DNA of 18,695 nucleotides from a virus (Duplodnaviria; Heunggongvirae; Uroviricota; Caudoviricetes): IMG/VR virus record IMGVR_UViG_2609459839_000004; one strand, 5' to 3'. Shown piece by piece: positions 15,452 to 18,695 of this stretch (position 1 is its first letter; each line of letters starts with the position of its first letter). The notes under the pieces were generated by a model. It saw only the letters and a program-made list of their open reading frames with translations, ran no database searches and was not told where the DNA came from. The position numbers and the translations under genes were made by a program.

Positions 15452-16027
15452 ATGGCGATAAAAGGGCTTGATCAGGCGATTGACAATCTGAGCCGGGTTC
15501 GTAAAAACGCCATTCCGGCTGCTTCTGCAATGACCATTAACCGCGTGGCCACAACGGCGATTAATCAGTCTTCGTCACAGGTTGCCCGGGAAACCAGGGT
15601 GAGACGGAAACTGGTAAAGGAACGGTCCAGACTGAAACGGGCGACGGTCAGAAATCCGAATGCCAGAATTATCGTTAACCGCGGTGATCTCCCTGTGATT
15701 AAGCTGGGGATCAGAATGCTGGGGCGTCGTCCGAACAGCATACTCAAAGCCGGTCAGCATCGTTATCAGCGGGCATTTATCCAGCGATTAAATAATGGGC
15801 GCTGGCATGTTATGCAACGTCTTCCCCAGGCCAGATATGAGGAGGGCAATGACGACAAGGGAAGGAAAAAGCGTAATCGCCTTCCCATTCAGGTGGTGAA
15901 AATCCCGATGGCGACCCCACTGAAACAGGCATTTGATGAGAATGTTGACCGTATCCGGCGTGAACGCCTGCCCGGAGAACTGGCATCCGCGCTGAAACAA
16001 CAACTGAGGATTGCGATAAAACGATGA
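15452..16027 (+). CDS. Z: Tail completion protein (gpZ-like)
   Basis: MAIKGL.QA..NLSR, VARET.VRRKLVKER.RLKRATV, NGRWHVMQR, VVKIPMA, RIRRERLP match lambda Z. Confidence 0.85.
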   Translation: MAIKGLDQAIDNLSRVRKNAIPAASAMTINRVATTAINQSSSQVARETRVRRKLVKERSRLKRATVRNPNARIIVNRGDLPVIKLGIRMLGRRPNSILKAGQHRYQRAFIQRLNNGRWHVMQRLPQARYEEGNDDKGRKKRNRLPIQVVKIPMATPLKQAFDENVDRIRRERLPGELASALKQQLRIAIKR

Positions 16028-16419
16028 AACACACTGATATCCGTGCTGCAGTGCTGGATGCACTCGAGCAGCATGAACACGGGGCGACGCTGTTTGATGG
16101 TCGCCCCGTTGTTTTTGACGAAGAGGATTTTCCTGCGATCGCGGTTTATCTGACGGATGCAGAGTATACCGGTGAAGAGCTGGATGCAGATACCTGGCGG
16201 GCCACACTGCATATTGAGGTGTTTTTACCGGCACAGGTACCGGATTCAGAGCTTGATCAGTGGATGGAAAGCCGGATTTATCCGGCGATGACTGCGATCC
16301 CGGCACTGGCAGGACTGATTACCACGATGGTTACGCAGGGCTATGAGTATCGTCGTGATGACGATATGGCGTTATGGAGCTCTGCGGATCTGACTTATTC
16401 CATTACATACGAGATGTGA
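16024..16419 (+). CDS. U: Tail terminator protein (gpU-like)
   Basis: MKHT.IRAAVLDALE, AEYTGEELD.DTW.A.LHIEVFLPAQVPDSELD.WMESRIYP, LWSSADLTY.ITYEM match lambda U. Confidence 0.88.
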   Translation: MKHTDIRAAVLDALEQHEHGATLFDGRPVVFDEEDFPAIAVYLTDAEYTGEELDADTWRATLHIEVFLPAQVPDSELDQWMESRIYPAMTAIPALAGLITTMVTQGYEYRRDDDMALWSSADLTYSITYEM

Positions 16420-16439
16420 GGACGATATGGCAACACCAA

Positions 16440-16709
16440 ATCACCGGCTTTTACCGGGTGCCCCTGTCCTCTGCACAGCCGGGCGATATCCTGCTGTGCT
16501 GCTTCGGCGCATCGGTGGCTAATCATGCCGCCATTTACTGCGGCAACGGTGAACTGCTTCACCATATTCCTGAACAACTGAGTAAACGGGAGAGGTATTC
16601 CGAAAAATGGCAACGACGAACGCATTCAGTCTGGCGTCACCGCCACTGGCACACATCTGCCTTCACGGGGATTTACAACGATTTGGCCGCCGCCTCAGCC
16701 TGTATGTGA
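16440..16709 (+). pseudogene. K: C-terminal fragment of tail assembly protein K (NlpC/P60-like)
   Basis: Frame encodes AQPGDILLCCFGASVANHAAIYCGNGELLHHIPEQLSKRERYSEKWQRRTHSVWRHRHW... and overlaps the I start as K does in lambda; lies directly after U with V, G, T, H, M, L absent. 5' boundary approximate. Confidence 0.55.
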
Positions 16710-17287
16710 ACACGGCAGCGGAAGCCATTCGCGCCCTGTCGATGCAGATGCCGGGCTTTCGCCGTCAGATGAACGAAGGCTGGTACCAGATACGTATTGC
16801 CGGTGAAGACACGGCACCGGAGGTGGTGTACGCCCGCCTTCACGAACAGCTGGGTGAGGGAACGGTCATCCACATTGTGCCGCGACTGGCCGGGGCCGGA
16901 AAGGGTGGACTGCAGATTGTGTTGGGGGCGGCAGCCATCGTGGGCTCTTTCTTCACTGCCGGGGCATCAATGGCGTTATGGGGTTCAGCCCTGGCAGCCG
17001 GTGGTTTTTCTGCCACCACGATGCTGTTTTCACTTGGAGCCAGCATGATTCTGGGCGGAGTGGCCCAGATGCTGGCCCCGAAGGCAAAAACACCGGATTA
17101 CCGCGCAACGGATAACGGCAGACAGAACACGTACTTTTCCTCGCTGGATAACATGATTGCCCAGGGGAACCCGATGCCGGTGCCTTACGGGGAAATGCTG
17201 GTTGGCTCCCGCCGTATATCCCAGGACATCAGCACCCGTGATGAAGGCGGGGGCGGAAAGGTCGTGGTTATCGGGCGACAGGGATAA
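16607..17287 (+). CDS. I: Tail assembly protein (gpI-like)
   Basis: LASP..A.ICL.GDLQRFGRR, GWYQ.RIAG, IHIVPR.AGA, QIVLGAAAI.GSFFTAGA, NTYFSSLDNM.AQGN, GGG.VVVIGR match lambda I. Confidence 0.85.
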   Translation: MATTNAFSLASPPLAHICLHGDLQRFGRRLSLYVNTAAEAIRALSMQMPGFRRQMNEGWYQIRIAGEDTAPEVVYARLHEQLGEGTVIHIVPRLAGAGKGGLQIVLGAAAIVGSFFTAGASMALWGSALAAGGFSATTMLFSLGASMILGGVAQMLAPKAKTPDYRATDNGRQNTYFSSLDNMIAQGNPMPVPYGEMLVGSRRISQDISTRDEGGGGKVVVIGRQG

Positions 17288-17462
17288 AACATAAAAAAAT
17301 CCCGCAGTGATCGCGGAGCTGCGGGGACAGACAAATGAAGATCAATGTGAAGGAGTTGTTTTTGTTACTCGGGCAAAAAAACACTAACGCAGCGAAATTA
17401 TAAGCGCCACAGTCAGTGTGTGAAAATGTGAAGATATTCAGAAATTTTATTCCGTCATGACG

Positions 17463-17492
17463 CAGGCACCCGGTGAGGTGCCTGTTGTTTTT
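17463..17492 (+). terminator. Intrinsic terminator inside the I-J spacer, just upstream of J
   Basis: 8-bp perfect stem caggcacc/ggtgcctg, 6-nt loop, followed by ttgttttt. Confidence 0.5.
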
Positions 17493-17527
17493 GTGAGTGA
17501 ACAATTATCACGGTAAGAGGTGATGTA

Positions 17528-18166
17528 ATGGGCAAAGGTGGCGGCAAGGCGCACACACCGCGTGAGGCGAAAGACAATCTCAAATCCACGCAGATGATGA
17601 GCGTGATTGATGCGATTGGTGAGGGACCGATAGAAGGCCCGGTGAAAGGCCTGCAGAGTATTCTGGTGAACAAAACCCCGCTGACGGACACGGACGGTAA
17701 TCCCGTGATACACGGTGTGACCGCGGTCTGGCGTGCCGGGGAGCAGGAGCAGACACCACCGGAAGGCTTTGAGTCCTCCGGCTCTGAAACTGTACTGGGT
17801 GTCGAAGTGACCAGGGCAAAACCGGTAACACGCACCATTACGTCAGCGAACATTGACCGCCTGCGGGTGACCTTCGGGGTGCAGTCACTGGTGGAGACCA
17901 CGTCAAAGGGTGACCGTAATCCGTCCTCTGTCCGTCTGCTGATTCAGTTACAGCGTAACGGTAACTGGGTGACAGAAAAGGACGTCACCATTAACGGCAA
18001 GACCACCTCACAGTTCCTGGCCTCGGTGATTCTGGATAATCTGCCTCCCCGGCCCTTTAACATCCGGATGGTCAGGGAGACGGCGGACAGCACCACGGAC
18101 CAGCTGCAGAATAAGACGCTGTGGTCGTCATACACCGAAATCATCGATGTGAAACAGTGCTATTGA
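17528..18166 (+). pseudogene. J: N-terminal ~212 codons of tail tip/central fibre protein J, truncated
   Basis: MGKGGGKAHTPREAKDNLKSTQ...[23 protein letters not shown] is collinear with the lambda J N-terminus (J is >1100 aa), then an in-frame stop. Confidence 0.75.
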
Positions 18167-18176
18167 AATAGCCTGG

Positions 18177-18410
18177 TATGCTTCGATACAGCAGGAGCCG
18201 AATGGCTGGAAGACCGTCACCACACAGTTCTACATCCAGGAATTCAGTGAGTATATTGCGCCACTGCAGGATGCTGTAGATCTGGAAATCGCAACGGAGG
18301 AAGAAAGATCGTTGCTGGAGGCATGGAATAAATATCGGGTATTGTTGAATCGTGTTGATACATCAACTGCACCTGATATTGAGTGGCCTGCAAATCCTGT
18401 CAGGGAGTAA
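18177..18410 (+). pseudogene. C-terminal fragment of tail fibre assembly protein (Tfa)
   Basis: Frame-3 translation ...[52 protein letters not shown] is the conserved Tfa C-terminus; no stf or tfa N-terminus upstream. 5' boundary approximate. Confidence 0.6.
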
Positions 18411-18524
18411 TCATTGGGATTATGCCGCAGACACGTCGTATGCAGGAACGTGCTGCGGTTAGTTTGTGAGCTTTCGATAGTGGTTGTTATTTTTGCCCTT
18501 ATTTGTTCCGGAGGCCCTGGTTCA

Positions 18525-18695
18525 ATGGTCCGTCTGCCCCCTGTGGTGATGTCAGCAAAATCAGCCACTGCGCGAACCACAATAGCCCGGGAAGATGCTG
18601 AAGATCACCAGGTAAAGCTGTCAGCGCAGAAACTGGAAGAACTGCTCGCATCAATGGTTAAGGATGAGGTTGATCGCAATGATGGGATTTATTGA
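18525..18695 (+). CDS. Hypothetical small protein (56 aa) downstream of the tfa remnant
   Basis: ATG 18525 with GGAGG ~10 nt upstream; stop is the last codon of the window; no family recognised. Confidence 0.25.
   Translation: MVRLPPVVMSAKSATARTTIAREDAEDHQVKLSAQKLEELLASMVKDEVDRNDGIY

Noticed and set aside
15788-16306. Minus-strand ORFs (74-172 aa) antisense to Z and U
   Set aside because: Same reasoning: antisense to strongly conserved genes, with Pro/Ser/Arg-rich composition.
17455-17901. 148-aa minus-strand ORF antisense to the J fragment
   Set aside because: Antisense to conserved J N-terminal coding sequence; no SD.
1-18695. CRISPR arrays, rRNA genes, integrase or attachment sites
   Set aside because: No regularly spaced direct repeats, rRNA-like sequence or tyrosine/serine recombinase ORF found; the integration module is presumably outside this window.

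Overview
This window is a segment of a lambdoid (lambda / Qin / Stx-phage-like) enterobacterial prophage, read in late-transcription orientation, with a copy of IS150 at its left edge. All calls are from reading the sequence and recalling protein families; no searches were run. Order, left to right: IS150 (insJ/insK) | hok/mok type I toxin locus | small ORF, DUF968-like protein, RusA resolvase, antiterminator Q | pR'/tR'-like promoter-terminator | AT-rich cargo operon encoding a Hanks-type Ser/Thr kinase and a PP2C phosphatase | small HTH ORF plus orphan DNA methyltransferase | three tRNAs (CAU, UCG-like, UCU) | AT-rich island with a minus-strand ORF | lysis cassette (S21-type pinholin, extra ORF, SAR endolysin, small membrane ORF, Rz/Rz1) | two minus-strand small genes | cos | a structural module with three internal deletions (Nu1 joined to the C/Nu3 tail; D, E, FI, FII, Z, U intact; V to L missing; K fragment; I; J cut at ~212 codons and joined to a tfa tail). 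The prophage is therefore defective for packaging and tail assembly but keeps Q, cargo and lysis genes. No CRISPR, rRNA, integrase or stx genes were seen. The best candidate for an undescribed system is the kinase/phosphatase pair in the Q-controlled cargo slot that stx occupies in Stx phages.
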